Of a DNA stretch of 64,000 nucleotides, positions 1 to 10,016 are shown one piece after another. A model generated the notes under the pieces. The model searched no databases, was not told the origin of the DNA, and was given only the letters and a program-made list of their open reading frames with translations. The first letter of the stretch is position 1; the number at the start of each line of letters is the position of its first letter. A program made the translations under genes and the position numbers. The stretch covers positions 96,001 to 160,000 of IMG/VR virus record IMGVR_UViG_3300048074_000120. One strand, written 5' to 3'. The DNA comes from a virus.

Positions 1-183
1 ATAGCCGGCAAAGATACAGCAGCCGTAGTCGATGTTGCCGAGGTCACCCCAGGCGTCCTTCATACCGGCTGAGTAACGGCTCTGATCAGGAACCAATGGC
101 AAAGCCGTCGGCTCAAGGTAGTCTTGGAGAAGAGGCACCTTCGCCAATACATGCGGAGGTGTCGGATTTGCACCTAACTTCAT
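1..183 (-). CDS. 5' part of a putative papain-like cysteine peptidase (runs off left edge); absent from ORF track
   Basis: Hand translation from ATG at 183: MKLGANPTPPHVLAKVPLLQDYLEPTALPLVPDQSRYSAGMKDAWGDLGNIDYGCCIFAGY; W-x-x-LGN-x-x-YG-x-C resembles the catalytic Cys region of C1-like peptidases; starts 4 nt after the previous stop. Confidence 0.45.
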   Translation of the reverse strand, partial: MKLGANPTPPHVLAKVPLLQDYLEPTALPLVPDQSRYSAGMKDAWGDLGNIDYGCCIFAGY

Positions 184-187
184 GGCG

Positions 188-526
188 TCACCTGCAACTC
201 GCTGGTCCGCACTTCTGGGCGTCCGTCGGTGTCTGCGCATTGAATCTACAACTGAGAAAACGCTGAGCGTCTTCTGGCGTCGGAGAGAACCTCGTGTCGG
301 TAATGATGACTCCGCAGAGCCTAACGCACTGAGGTTGGTCTTGCCCGTCCGGGCAGGGGAGTACCGCAAGGTGGGCACACATCTGCTCGCACGTGACAGC
401 TCCGGGGGGCACCGGAGTGGATCCCCCTGTACCCTGAACAGGGCCGGGGGTGGGCTGGGGAGGCGTAATGGGGGCGGTACACGCCCCCACGAACCCCAGC
501 AGCAAAGCTAGGATTGCCCGATTCAT
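188..526 (-). CDS. Cys-rich lipoprotein (o-spanin-like candidate)
   Basis: Signal peptide with lipobox-like VGAC, Pro-rich linker, eight further Cys. Confidence 0.6.
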   Translation of the reverse strand: MNRAILALLLGFVGACTAPITPPQPTPGPVQGTGGSTPVPPGAVTCEQMCAHLAVLPCPDGQDQPQCVRLCGVIITDTRFSPTPEDAQRFLSCRFNAQTPTDAQKCGPASCR

Positions 527-972
527 TGCGCCAAAGATGCTTTCACCCGAGCTTGGTGCTCGAGAATGTCCGCTGCTGCTGCCTTGGCCTGTAGTTTAGC
601 CACATCGTTGCCAATCGTTGTCACCAAGACCACGAAGGCCTCGACGGCTTCGACCACGGCCTGCGTCAGTTTGCCAATATCGATACCATTCCAACTATTG
701 GCGGCAATGGCGGCTTGAAGCGCCCTGTCTTTGGCAGAGAGCGCCGCAGTTAGCTTACCCGATAAATCATCGAATTGTGCCTGGTAAGACTGGCGCTGAT
801 CGGGGGGCAGTGTAGCGATAGCGGCGTTGGCTGCTGCCGTCAGCTGCTGAACATAACCCTGCACCGAGTGCTCAAAAACCAGCACAGTGTCGAGCTGCTT
901 TTGGATGCTGCCGCACCCCGTACTAAGCAGAGTCACGGTGAACAGCAAACCAAGTAACTTCAAAAACCTCAT
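523..972 (-). CDS. Lipoprotein with helical periplasmic domain (spanin-like candidate)
   Basis: MRFLKLLGLLFTVTLLSTGC lipobox; Ala/Gln/Leu helical body; 4-nt overlaps with neighbours. Confidence 0.6.
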   Translation of the reverse strand: MRFLKLLGLLFTVTLLSTGCGSIQKQLDTVLVFEHSVQGYVQQLTAAANAAIATLPPDQRQSYQAQFDDLSGKLTAALSAKDRALQAAIAANSWNGIDIGKLTQAVVEAVEAFVVLVTTIGNDVAKLQAKAAAADILEHQARVKASLAQ

Positions 973-1250
973 GATGCCTTTTGCTCCTCTGCCCCGCTGT
1001 CTTGTTGTACTAGTTGGCCCTTGCGGGACGCGGCGGCCAACTTCTTGAACTCTGCCGGGTGAACTTGATCAAAGACCGCACCGAAAATGACACGCGCCAC
1101 GATGAAAAGCCAATTGCTCGGCACAATGTGGTACCGCGCCAAGTACGTAGTCAACATCAAGCCCAGCGCTGTCAGCTCCGCAGTTACCTCCTTAGGATGA
1201 TTATCGAAGTAAACTTGAATGGCGGTGTTGATCGCAGTGAGAGTGTCCAT
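969..1250 (-). CDS. Small membrane protein, holin candidate
   Basis: Two hydrophobic segments and charged C-tail; start moved to ATG 1250 after AAAGG. Confidence 0.45.
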   Translation of the reverse strand: MDTLTAINTAIQVYFDNHPKEVTAELTALGLMLTTYLARYHIVPSNWLFIVARVIFGAVFDQVHPAEFKKLAAASRKGQLVQQDSGAEEQKAS

Positions 1251-1261
1251 AAGTAAACCTT

Positions 1262-3367
1262 TCAATGATCAGAACGAATGGCGTACCAACCAGTTGACGC
1301 CGGGGTTACTACGTACCTGAACTTGTAGTGCACGGTGATATACCCGGCACTAGGGCCACCAGGGACATACCCATCAGGAATTACATCGTCGTCTCCGCCG
1401 AATATGAAATCTCCAGGCCACGTCATGCTCAGTGTACCAAGGACGGTGCCTGCCGTAATAACGTAGTACAGGTCAAACTCGTCACCCGCCGCGGGGGCAT
1501 AACCGGTAGAAGTATCAATGCTGAAGGTAACAGGCGACGAGGTGCTTAGAGCTGCGCTCGTGTAAATTTGAACATGGTTACCGTGCGTATACGGATTCCA
1601 GCTAACGGTGCGACCACCTTCCCCGACCGAGAAGTTGTGTGACTTGTGCCCATTCAAATTGAATGACTGCCGCCCACCGTTGCAAGTGATACCACCGTCG
1701 CCATCGAGGACACCGCCCACGCTCCAAGACGCGCCGGCAAAACCGCCCCACGCCATGGCGCTGTGTAGATTGCCCGATGCCAGCGCGGCCCGATCAGTAA
1801 CCGCTGACAAGAAGATGGCACTCAAACTCGAGCGATTTGCCGAGAAAGGTGTCACCGCCGGAGAAGGCGCCAACACGGAGAAGTAAGGCAGGCCATTGGA
1901 CGTATCAATCTCGCGATAGCGCCCACCGAGCTGCATCGTCGGCTGAAGCCAGCGCAGACGCACGGGGGATGCAACGCCAGAAATCCCGATCTCAGGAAAA
2001 ACGCCCGTCACCGCACGCAAAATCATGCGGTTCGTCCCAACGGAGGTGTACATCCGATACGTGCCAAGAATCTGCCCGGTGGCGTTATCGGTCACCTCAA
2101 TCAAGTCGGTGTTACGGATTGACTGATTCCCTAGGCCATCGACGACAAAGTCACCAGCGGCCACCTGCACTGTGCACAGTGCGGTTAACGACGTCCCCGC
2201 ATCCGGGTTCAATGAGCCAACCGCCGTCGGAGTAATCTTGGTGGAAACCGAGCTACCACCAATGACTGAATCCCGTATCTCTCGAGGGGTGACGTCGAGC
2301 ACCAGAGGTCCAGATACGAAGTCGTAGGCGCCTTCGTCAGGATCACTTGTACTACGCCAAGGAGACTCTTGGTACAGGCCAACGTCGCCGCCGTAATTCT
2401 GGTTGTAGGCGCCATCCACATTCAGCCGAAGCGGCATTATGCGGTAACAGGCCAAGATGGGATCGGGGTAATACGTGCCCGAGCCAATTTTCCCTAGCGT
2501 GTCCAAGTGTGAGGCAGGAATTTGCGCACGCAGCGCAAGCCCATCTCGAGTGTAAAAGCCGCCTGCCCCTGGGGTATTGTAAGGCAGCGCCGACTCCGTA
2601 ACATCCAGGCGGTACGCCCCATTCAAACCACGCTGGGCCAATGCGGCAACAGAAGCCGGCCAAGCCGCATTCCATGCTAAACTAGCGCCGTGTAGGTACT
2701 TGAAGAGGTACTCGACTTCGGCCGATACCTCTTGCGCACCACGAATCTTGATCGTGGTGAAGGCATCCTGCGGAAGGTCAGCGAGGTTGCTGCGCTCACC
2801 GTAATAGACACGGTAAGTAACCCCAGCCGGGATTGGGACGTTGAAGTTGATCGTCGGCGTGTCGAAGAAGCCCGAGGCCTGCGTGCCAACCAGGTTCGTC
2901 GAACTGATGTTGTTGTTGACGATGGACGAGGCAACGATCTTCGTGCCAGAGGCATCCATCAGCTCGTTATCGTTGCTATCTAAAACGCTAATGAGCAGGT
3001 CACGATTGGCCTGTGTATTGGGGATGCCAAATGTCCCTACAAAGACCTGTCCCGTAATGACAACGCTCGAGACCGGACTTCCCGCCGTTACATCAGAGAT
3101 CCTGGCGCTGATCGCCAAATCCTTCCGCAGGATGTCGTCGATAAGGTCAGTGTTCTCAGCGAGGGCTTTGATGCCGCGGTTGGCAAAGTTGCTGGTAGCA
3201 TCCTCACCAAAGGCAACGGCGTACGTCCCGTCATTGGGGCCGCCTACCTTCTTGCCATCCATAAACGCGGGGGTACCAGTGCCTCCGCTGAGTGAAGGGG
3301 TGTTGAGGTAATCGAAGCCTGCAGGAAGGCCTCCAAAATACGTCGGTACGGACAAGCGGTGAAACAT
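1262..3367 (-). CDS. Virion structural protein (tail/fibre-like), 701 aa
   Basis: Long G/T/S/V-rich beta-type ORF co-oriented with baseplate genes. Confidence 0.6.
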   Translation of the reverse strand: MFHRLSVPTYFGGLPAGFDYLNTPSLSGGTGTPAFMDGKKVGGPNDGTYAVAFGEDATSNFANRGIKALAENTDLIDDILRKDLAISARISDVTAGSPVSSVVITGQVFVGTFGIPNTQANRDLLISVLDSNDNELMDASGTKIVASSIVNNNISSTNLVGTQASGFFDTPTINFNVPIPAGVTYRVYYGERSNLADLPQDAFTTIKIRGAQEVSAEVEYLFKYLHGASLAWNAAWPASVAALAQRGLNGAYRLDVTESALPYNTPGAGGFYTRDGLALRAQIPASHLDTLGKIGSGTYYPDPILACYRIMPLRLNVDGAYNQNYGGDVGLYQESPWRSTSDPDEGAYDFVSGPLVLDVTPREIRDSVIGGSSVSTKITPTAVGSLNPDAGTSLTALCTVQVAAGDFVVDGLGNQSIRNTDLIEVTDNATGQILGTYRMYTSVGTNRMILRAVTGVFPEIGISGVASPVRLRWLQPTMQLGGRYREIDTSNGLPYFSVLAPSPAVTPFSANRSSLSAIFLSAVTDRAALASGNLHSAMAWGGFAGASWSVGGVLDGDGGITCNGGRQSFNLNGHKSHNFSVGEGGRTVSWNPYTHGNHVQIYTSAALSTSSPVTFSIDTSTGYAPAAGDEFDLYYVITAGTVLGTLSMTWPGDFIFGGDDDVIPDGYVPGGPSAGYITVHYKFRYVVTPASTGWYAIRSDH

Positions 3368-3379
3368 CTGGCTAAATCC

Positions 3380-4057
3380 TCACGCGGCTACAGCCGCCAT
3401 CCTGTTGACAGTACGTAATCTATGGCAATTAGCACAAACCAAATCGCACTTTTGAATTTCCTGCAGTACAAAATCCCAAGAGTAACTCCAAAGGGATGCT
3501 ATGCTTTTGAATTTTGTACCTCTTACGTGATCAAAATCCATTGCCACAGATTCGAAACACTCTCCACAATCTAGGCATGGCATGGATTTCAGCTCGTTGA
3601 TCCTTGTCCTGAAGTCCAGCAATCTCTGATTGCTTGTAGATGCACGACGGGATTTTGTCCTAACACGATGACAGTTACAGCAAACGACCTCACAAAGAGC
3701 TATCTCAGCTGCAATTTTGTCAACGGAGTAATTTCTCATCTGTGAAATATTGGCCGATTTACCATTGTCCACATGATCGAATTCCATGCATGGCGCTGGA
3801 AACGAGTGATTACAATCGCTGCATGGGCACAGCTTCAATTCAGCCATTGACTCATTATGCCGCCGTTGCCTACTGGCATAATATTCAGGACTAAGAACTT
3901 GCGGCTTACGCCCCACCAACTTGTACCTAATACGTTTCCTTTTACGCACGCAGGCTCTGCACACTGCCTTACGACGTACAGGATGGTAGCGCCCATCAAG
4001 CTCGAATTCGGCTTCTTGCTTTAGAGCATTACAGCGAATACAGGTAAATTCAGCCAT
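3380..4057 (-). CDS. HNH endonuclease with two tandem HNH domains
   Basis: CSDC..EFDH..CEVVCCNCH followed by CLDC..DFDH..CDLVCANCH; N-terminal CxxC pairs; start moved to ATG 4057; visibly AT-richer than flanks. Confidence 0.85.
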   Translation of the reverse strand: MAEFTCIRCNALKQEAEFELDGRYHPVRRKAVCRACVRKRKRIRYKLVGRKPQVLSPEYYASRQRRHNESMAELKLCPCSDCNHSFPAPCMEFDHVDNGKSANISQMRNYSVDKIAAEIALCEVVCCNCHRVRTKSRRASTSNQRLLDFRTRINELKSMPCLDCGECFESVAMDFDHVRGTKFKSIASLWSYSWDFVLQEIQKCDLVCANCHRLRTVNRMAAVAA

Positions 4058-4061
4058 ATTA

Positions 4062-4691
4062 TCAAAATCGGATCGTCCATTCGCCTTCGAGCTCGAAAGC
4101 GCCAGTCTTTGATAGAGTATCGAAGGTATCGTAGGCGACTCCGGTGTTATTCGGAACACCAATAGGTATCGCCCTTGAGGTAAAGAGCATGATCTCGCTG
4201 AGCGGCACGGTGACAAAAGATGAATAGCTCACCTCAGTCTGCGAGAATACCCGCACAAAAGTCACCTCAGTCGGCGTGCTGTGGATCGGAGGAGCTTGAA
4301 CCGTCCCTAGCCACACATCGCTCGGTGAGTACGGGTCGGTAGGTCCCGTTGTACTCCCTGAGATGCGCACAGGGCGCTCGAGCCGCTGTACGTCAGGATC
4401 GATGTCCGTCTGAAGATTCGACCCCGGATAGGCCACCGACATAGGAGCGACGTTGGCAACGCCGGGGGCAACCTGCCGGCTACCACCTATCCCTAAGCCC
4501 ATGTACTTGATGCGATTGTCCTCCTGCGGAGCATCAGGGCCGTAGGAAGCAAGTGCGATCAGGTTCGCCAGATACTCCCTCCCTAAGTTCAGCCAAATGT
4601 TATGGCCCTCACGCCTGGCCATAATTTTCCCACGCTCGCGCACGGTGAGCTTGAGATTGCTCCGCACTTCGATGAGATCTACTAGCTTCAT
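4062..4691 (-). CDS. Putative tail/baseplate structural protein
   Basis: Co-oriented in structural cluster; ends ...FDTLSKTGAFELEGEWTIRF, a pattern like tail-fibre-base proteins; start at ATG 4691. Confidence 0.55.
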   Translation of the reverse strand: MKLVDLIEVRSNLKLTVRERGKIMARREGHNIWLNLGREYLANLIALASYGPDAPQEDNRIKYMGLGIGGSRQVAPGVANVAPMSVAYPGSNLQTDIDPDVQRLERPVRISGSTTGPTDPYSPSDVWLGTVQAPPIHSTPTEVTFVRVFSQTEVSYSSFVTVPLSEIMLFTSRAIPIGVPNNTGVAYDTFDTLSKTGAFELEGEWTIRF

Positions 4692-4719
4692 TGTACTTCC
4701 AGCAATTCTATCACGCGAT

Positions 4720-7700
4720 CTAGGCTGTTCGTTCAAAGTAGTAGCCACCCTCGGCTATACCGTTGTCAAAAGTAAAGGCAAGTGCCGGTGTCTGCGCAAG
4801 AACAACCTTTATGTACGGCCAATCCACGGTGACGGCGGCTCCAGTGGTTCGGCGCAGGCGCAGCGTCAGCACATCCCCTGCAGTTATCGCTATCGAAGGT
4901 GCGGGAGATGCCTTCTCAACCGATCCATCGAGACCAATGATGACACCAATCGTATCGACGTCGGTGCCATTGAGCACAACAACGTACTCGTAGTCACTCA
5001 CAGGGGTAGTCCCCTGAATCGTATGCTTCAGCATACTCAGGGTCCCAGACTCCTGCGCGGTGTAGCTCCCTGGCAGTGTATAGCCGCCGGGGCCGCTAGG
5101 AATTGACGTTACGCTGGTGTCCTCGAACAGGTAGCAGAGCCGATTGCTCGCATCAAAGGCAAACCCCTCGTCATACTGCACTACGCCACCCGGGTGGTTG
5201 ATGATCCACCAAAATACAACGATATCCTCAGGGCATAGATACATCTTGTCAAAGCCCCACGTAATGTTCGTGTCTGGCGTGGGAAAGACAGGGGGCGCCG
5301 TAGACTGGTCACTATCAGCGTCAAACTGATTACGAACACCATAGGCAGCTGGGCTATAGTCGTCGAAGATCTGAGACGCCCCAAAGTTGGGGAAACACAC
5401 GCCAGCATTCAACTTCAAAAAGCCTCTGGCAGTAAACGTGTCAACTACATTGACCTCCGCCACGTCCATGCTCTTTTGCACAACGAAGACGGGCCGTGTC
5501 CACGTGGGTTTGATGCGCAGAATGAAACTCATCACGAACATGAGCGAACTCAGGCTAAACACCGAGCTATTGACGCGCACCATGAACTTGTGAAACTTCT
5601 CTACCTCAAGGAAGTTCCCCTGTGACAAAAGACCCTGAAACCACCTGGGGTCCTTCACGTAGTCAAGCACCTCAGAACCCTCAACCATCGGGGATAGTTG
5701 CCGAACGATGTCACCCACAACATAGCGGGCCTTCGTCTCTGGATTGACCTCAAGCGAAAGCGCATTGGGATACGTATACGCACGCACGATAGCGGGATTA
5801 GCCACGTCCCGCAGCAGGAGCCTCCCCTGTACCGTAGAGAAGTCAGCACGTATCTCCTCGATAACCCCTTCCTCCTCGGCAAAAGGCAACCCCAACAAGA
5901 TCTGTACCCCCGCTCGCATGTTGAACAGAGTGGGGCCATTCAAGTAGGCGTACCAAAGCCCCTGCACCGCCGACAAATAGTCCAAATCGGCATCGAGCTC
6001 TTTGAGCTGATCCAAGGTGAACTCCGCAGGGATACCAAAGTTAGCCTCAACCGTGGGACGGTTGTCGAGGTACGTCGTCTCGGCCCACATCCTATCGGGA
6101 GGAACACGCCCCTCCCAAACATCGCCGAGGTCTCCCGTGAGCGCGCCTACCGCAAAGCGAATGGTGTTCTGGCCCCTAAATGTCTCAATGAAATAGTCGA
6201 CGTTACGTCGAAGAACAGCCCCGTCGTCTGGCTCCTTGATCTGCTCCTGAAGACAAGGCACATCCAAGACAAGAGGGCCCACCGGGATGTGCACCTTGCG
6301 CTTCACAAAGGCGAGCTGTGACGTCACCCCTGTCAATGACAGGTACTGATACACGTTAGTAAGGTCCACCGCCAACTTGTTGGCGTCCGCCGCGCAGGCA
6401 CCAAGCACGGGGGCAGCCATCAAGGTCAGCCCGCCCGCTGCAGTGTTGATCACTTCCAGCGTGGCGATGTCACCCACGTCCAAAAGGCCCGCGTAGAAGT
6501 TCAGCAACTTACTCGTGACGTAGGAAGGTATGATCCAGTCCGATCCTGGCAGAAGGGGTAGGTCGGACTCCACAATCACCCGCTGATACGGAAGAACATC
6601 CGTCGCGTCATCCACCACACGCAGAATTCGATACGCCACGCCGCCGATTACCAACAAATCGTAGGGCTTGATATCCAACCCCTGCAACGACTGCTCCACT
6701 AGGTAAGTACGAGGGGTCAGACGAGTTCCGCTTGTTCCTGCCGCGGGCAGGTTCATGGCACCCACCGCAAGGTAAGGGAAAGTCGTGGCCGGCCCAACTT
6801 GAAATAAAAACGGAGCTGTGATGCGCACGGACGAGCCGCTGCCAAACACAATGACGTTGTACCTACTATCGACCCACTGCAGCTTTCTCTTCAGGATGCC
6901 CTGTAGAACCTCCGCGGTATACGGATTGGCTAAGGGAAATTCAACGGTAATCGGGTCATGCACAGGTGAACGTATCTGCAAGGAGGTCCCCTGCACCGCT
7001 GTGAAGGCGCCCTCAGCGTCAATACTCCCGTACATCTGGCGCACCGAGGTGAGATCAGGGGCAGGCTCTGGGAGCTTCAAGTCATAATGCAGCCAACGCC
7101 GCTGAAACGTTCGTTGAATGTCACGCAGACTCTTTGAGTAGTCTGCCTGCCAAAGTGTGAGCAACTCCGAGGCAACAACCTGGGCCATCCCCTCCCAGAA
7201 CACTTGAATCCGCTCACGGTCATCAACGAGCTTCCAAAAGTCGCTCAAGTACTGCCACACAAACCCGAGGTCGGGCGTGCAACCCTTGGGGACTTGGCTT
7301 TCCAGCACGTTGGCAATCACATAGGCGGGGGCTCCCAAGTACTTTCCATTGAAAACAACAAGGTCGAACTTGTAGATACCAGGCACGTCTGGGAAGAAAG
7401 TGGGCTTAGCGGTTGTAGCCCCCGACAGGAACCTGTTGCGCAACAGCTTGAAGTGAACCGCGATCAGGTCGTCCTTCAACACGTTGTCGTTCAAACGAAT
7501 GTAGTAGCCAAGGCCATCTATTCCGGTCTCGCGCACGCTCGCAGGCGCCAAGTATGTAACGGGGCTCGTTCCAGGGGCGCTCGTTTGCATGCGCAAAACC
7601 AGCACGTCCCCCGTAACAACAGGGTCTATCGCTGCCGCATCCCCTAGCTCGCTCGAGTAGAACTTATCCGTATACCCGTTGGGGATCGGGGCTGAGACCG

Positions 7701-8634
7701 TAAAGCCGTCAGAACCTTCAACGGCAAATGAGCTGCCTACGGGCGCATCGGTGAGACGCCAGCTGTATGCAATAGAGCCCCCTTCCGGGTCATAGCTGCC
7801 CGTCCCATCGAGCTGCCCCAGCGAGCACATCCTAAGCGCCTGGTCTTTGCCTGCGTCAGAGACAGGAGGCGGCACCTGCAAGATGATGTCTGAGGAAAGG
7901 CACAGCGTAGAGAAACACACAGCGGACGGGTGCTTCTGTGTCCCCACCACGCTAATTGTAGTTCCATCAGGCGCTATCCCGCCGTTAGGGGTACCTGGAA
8001 GAATCGCAACCAGCGTTAGCGGCGTCAGGTAGTCGGTGGTGGACAACGGCTCCGCCATGAAAATGTACGTAGTAGACGTGACGCCATCGACGACAATCTG
8101 AAAGCGATAGAGCTTATTCGTCTCGATAGACCCAGCGGTGCCGGGGATTATTTGAAACGAGCCACCAAGATGAAGCAGCCCACCCTCTAATGAGATCGAA
8201 CCAGAGTAGGCTAGCCCAGCGGCAGAGACGAAAAGCCCAGCGGCAATGCCTGTCGAGTTCGTTGATCCAAAGTAGATGTGGGAGGCAACGACGTCCACAA
8301 AATCCGTTGGAAGCTCACCGAAGATGGCGTCCACCCTGAACGTCCAAGAAGGCGTAACTGCGTAATTGAGCCGCATGAAGGCGTTGGCATTCGTCGGCGC
8401 AACACCGTTACTGATGACGCACAGGTCATTCGATGGCGAGATGCTGAACTGATCTGGGTGGGTTACCTCAATTCTGGGGTCAACCAGAATGGTGTCCATC
8501 CTGCCCGGCTCGCAGTAGCAGTAGATGTCGTAGCCTTCTGGGCACAGCGCCGGAGATGGTGGTGCCTCGCTCGAAGGCAGCAAGAATCCACCCCAGGGCA
8601 GGCCTCCCCAGTTAGTACCCCAGCCGCCGCTCAT
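4720..8634 (-). CDS. Large baseplate wedge-type virion protein with PKD/Ig-like domain, 1304 aa
   Basis: DAGKDQ..LDGTGSYDPEG..YSWRL and PTFFPDVPGIYKFDLVV (PKD-like); GPTLFNMRAGVQILLGLP wedge-like segment. Confidence 0.65.
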   Translation of the reverse strand: MSGGWGTNWGGLPWGGFLLPSSEAPPSPALCPEGYDIYCYCEPGRMDTILVDPRIEVTHPDQFSISPSNDLCVISNGVAPTNANAFMRLNYAVTPSWTFRVDAIFGELPTDFVDVVASHIYFGSTNSTGIAAGLFVSAAGLAYSGSISLEGGLLHLGGSFQIIPGTAGSIETNKLYRFQIVVDGVTSTTYIFMAEPLSTTDYLTPLTLVAILPGTPNGGIAPDGTTISVVGTQKHPSAVCFSTLCLSSDIILQVPPPVSDAGKDQALRMCSLGQLDGTGSYDPEGGSIAYSWRLTDAPVGSSFAVEGSDGFTVSAPIPNGYTDKFYSSELGDAAAIDPVVTGDVLVLRMQTSAPGTSPVTYLAPASVRETGIDGLGYYIRLNDNVLKDDLIAVHFKLLRNRFLSGATTAKPTFFPDVPGIYKFDLVVFNGKYLGAPAYVIANVLESQVPKGCTPDLGFVWQYLSDFWKLVDDRERIQVFWEGMAQVVASELLTLWQADYSKSLRDIQRTFQRRWLHYDLKLPEPAPDLTSVRQMYGSIDAEGAFTAVQGTSLQIRSPVHDPITVEFPLANPYTAEVLQGILKRKLQWVDSRYNVIVFGSGSSVRITAPFLFQVGPATTFPYLAVGAMNLPAAGTSGTRLTPRTYLVEQSLQGLDIKPYDLLVIGGVAYRILRVVDDATDVLPYQRVIVESDLPLLPGSDWIIPSYVTSKLLNFYAGLLDVGDIATLEVINTAAGGLTLMAAPVLGACAADANKLAVDLTNVYQYLSLTGVTSQLAFVKRKVHIPVGPLVLDVPCLQEQIKEPDDGAVLRRNVDYFIETFRGQNTIRFAVGALTGDLGDVWEGRVPPDRMWAETTYLDNRPTVEANFGIPAEFTLDQLKELDADLDYLSAVQGLWYAYLNGPTLFNMRAGVQILLGLPFAEEEGVIEEIRADFSTVQGRLLLRDVANPAIVRAYTYPNALSLEVNPETKARYVVGDIVRQLSPMVEGSEVLDYVKDPRWFQGLLSQGNFLEVEKFHKFMVRVNSSVFSLSSLMFVMSFILRIKPTWTRPVFVVQKSMDVAEVNVVDTFTARGFLKLNAGVCFPNFGASQIFDDYSPAAYGVRNQFDADSDQSTAPPVFPTPDTNITWGFDKMYLCPEDIVVFWWIINHPGGVVQYDEGFAFDASNRLCYLFEDTSVTSIPSGPGGYTLPGSYTAQESGTLSMLKHTIQGTTPVSDYEYVVVLNGTDVDTIGVIIGLDGSVEKASPAPSIAITAGDVLTLRLRRTTGAAVTVDWPYIKVVLAQTPALAFTFDNGIAEGGYYFERTA

Positions 8635-8666
8635 GCTGCACCTTCCCTACTTGATTCAGACATCAG

Positions 8667-9581
8667 TTAGCTTCTCTTCGTAATGAAAAACTGAATCGTC
8701 GTGAGCCAGAATAAATCCAGCTCGGTTGGGGTGGAGCCTGACGGAACCCCCTGTAGGCCAATAAAATGGCCCGAGTGAGAACTGGCAATCACCTTGTGCG
8801 GAAACACCATGGGCCCCGCTCCATCCACGGGGGCAGGATCTGCTCCGCAGAACACAGACTCTCCCGTAGCTAGGTGGGTCAACACCCGCGCGCTATTCAA
8901 GCGAAACAAGCTCATCCTTTTGAGGTACCCGCAGTTGTTACCGTCGGCATTGTCAACAATCACGTCAAACTCTGCCCGGATGTAACACGGCGGGAGGTCT
9001 TCCACAGAGAACGTAGCAAGCCAAGTCGGCGTAGCCGTTGTAGTGTGCGTCTCAAACTGCCACAGCTTGCCCGTGTCGACGTTACGAATGAGCTGACCAA
9101 GAAAGCCATCGGTGTGCCCATCCCCTGCAAACCCAGTGAGCTGCCCACCGAAGTTGAACTCATTGGGCTTCGCCCCAGCTAGCCCCGTTCTGGGGTCTGG
9201 CAGAGGTAATGGAAAAACCTGTGAAGGAGGGACGATCATCCCGTTGAGCTCCTTCACGCAAAAGATTCGAATGTCCACATCAACCGGCGTACCTACGCGG
9301 TTAGGTACATCCCAAACTTTCAGAACCCACCGGTAACAGCCAGGGACGTCCGGCTCGAATGTCGTAGTGGGCGTCGTGTTGTTGTTGTTGAAGGCAAACT
9401 CGTCTTGCACTGAGTATGTGCTGTTGGCATCAACAGCCACTAGATCAATCTGCCAGGATTTGACGCCAGCGTTGTCGACGTTGAACAGCGTTACAACCTC
9501 GCCTGCAACTCCAATCAACGACTCCCCATCCCCACCAATAACTATTCCCTGCGAAAACTTGAGCAATGCGGTTGCAGACAT
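8667..9581 (-). CDS. Virion structural protein with PKD-like strand
   Basis: TTTFEPDVPGCYRWVLKV; position in structural cluster. Confidence 0.55.
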   Translation of the reverse strand: MSATALLKFSQGIVIGGDGESLIGVAGEVVTLFNVDNAGVKSWQIDLVAVDANSTYSVQDEFAFNNNNTTPTTTFEPDVPGCYRWVLKVWDVPNRVGTPVDVDIRIFCVKELNGMIVPPSQVFPLPLPDPRTGLAGAKPNEFNFGGQLTGFAGDGHTDGFLGQLIRNVDTGKLWQFETHTTTATPTWLATFSVEDLPPCYIRAEFDVIVDNADGNNCGYLKRMSLFRLNSARVLTHLATGESVFCGADPAPVDGAGPMVFPHKVIASSHSGHFIGLQGVPSGSTPTELDLFWLTTIQFFITKRS

Positions 9582-9662
9582 AATCCGATTGTACCAGGCT
9601 ACTGGAACACCGACCTAAAGGCCAGCGTTGCCGACTTGTACCAGGGCATTTACACTAGCAGT

Positions 9663-10016
9663 ATGGCAAACCATGGCATACCTCTTACCTTTCAAACACT
9701 AGATCCAGAGGTGGCCCTAAAAGCGATTGAAGGCATCCCAGACGTGCTGTCGCCCAAGAGCGAGAAAGCCGAAGCCCTTTATCGACAGCACAGAATGTGC
9801 CCCAACGGCTGCGGCCCTACCATGGAAAAATCGTTTGGGGGTACGGCGTTTGCCTTCTCCGATCCGAACTGGCTCGTTCCACGCTGCATCATGAAGTGCT
9901 ACAAGTGCGGCTGCTCCATCAACCCCTTCGATGGGATGCTAGTGGAAAAGGGAAATCCGGACATCGCACGCTACGGCGACATTCCCATCATCAACCCGAG
10001 CGGCGATTCACGTTGA
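9663..10016 (+). CDS. Small Zn-ribbon-like hypothetical protein
   Basis: CPNGC and CYKCGC motifs; lone plus-strand ORF; first ATG at 9663. Confidence 0.55.
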   Translation: MANHGIPLTFQTLDPEVALKAIEGIPDVLSPKSEKAEALYRQHRMCPNGCGPTMEKSFGGTAFAFSDPNWLVPRCIMKCYKCGCSINPFDGMLVEKGNPDIARYGDIPIINPSGDSR

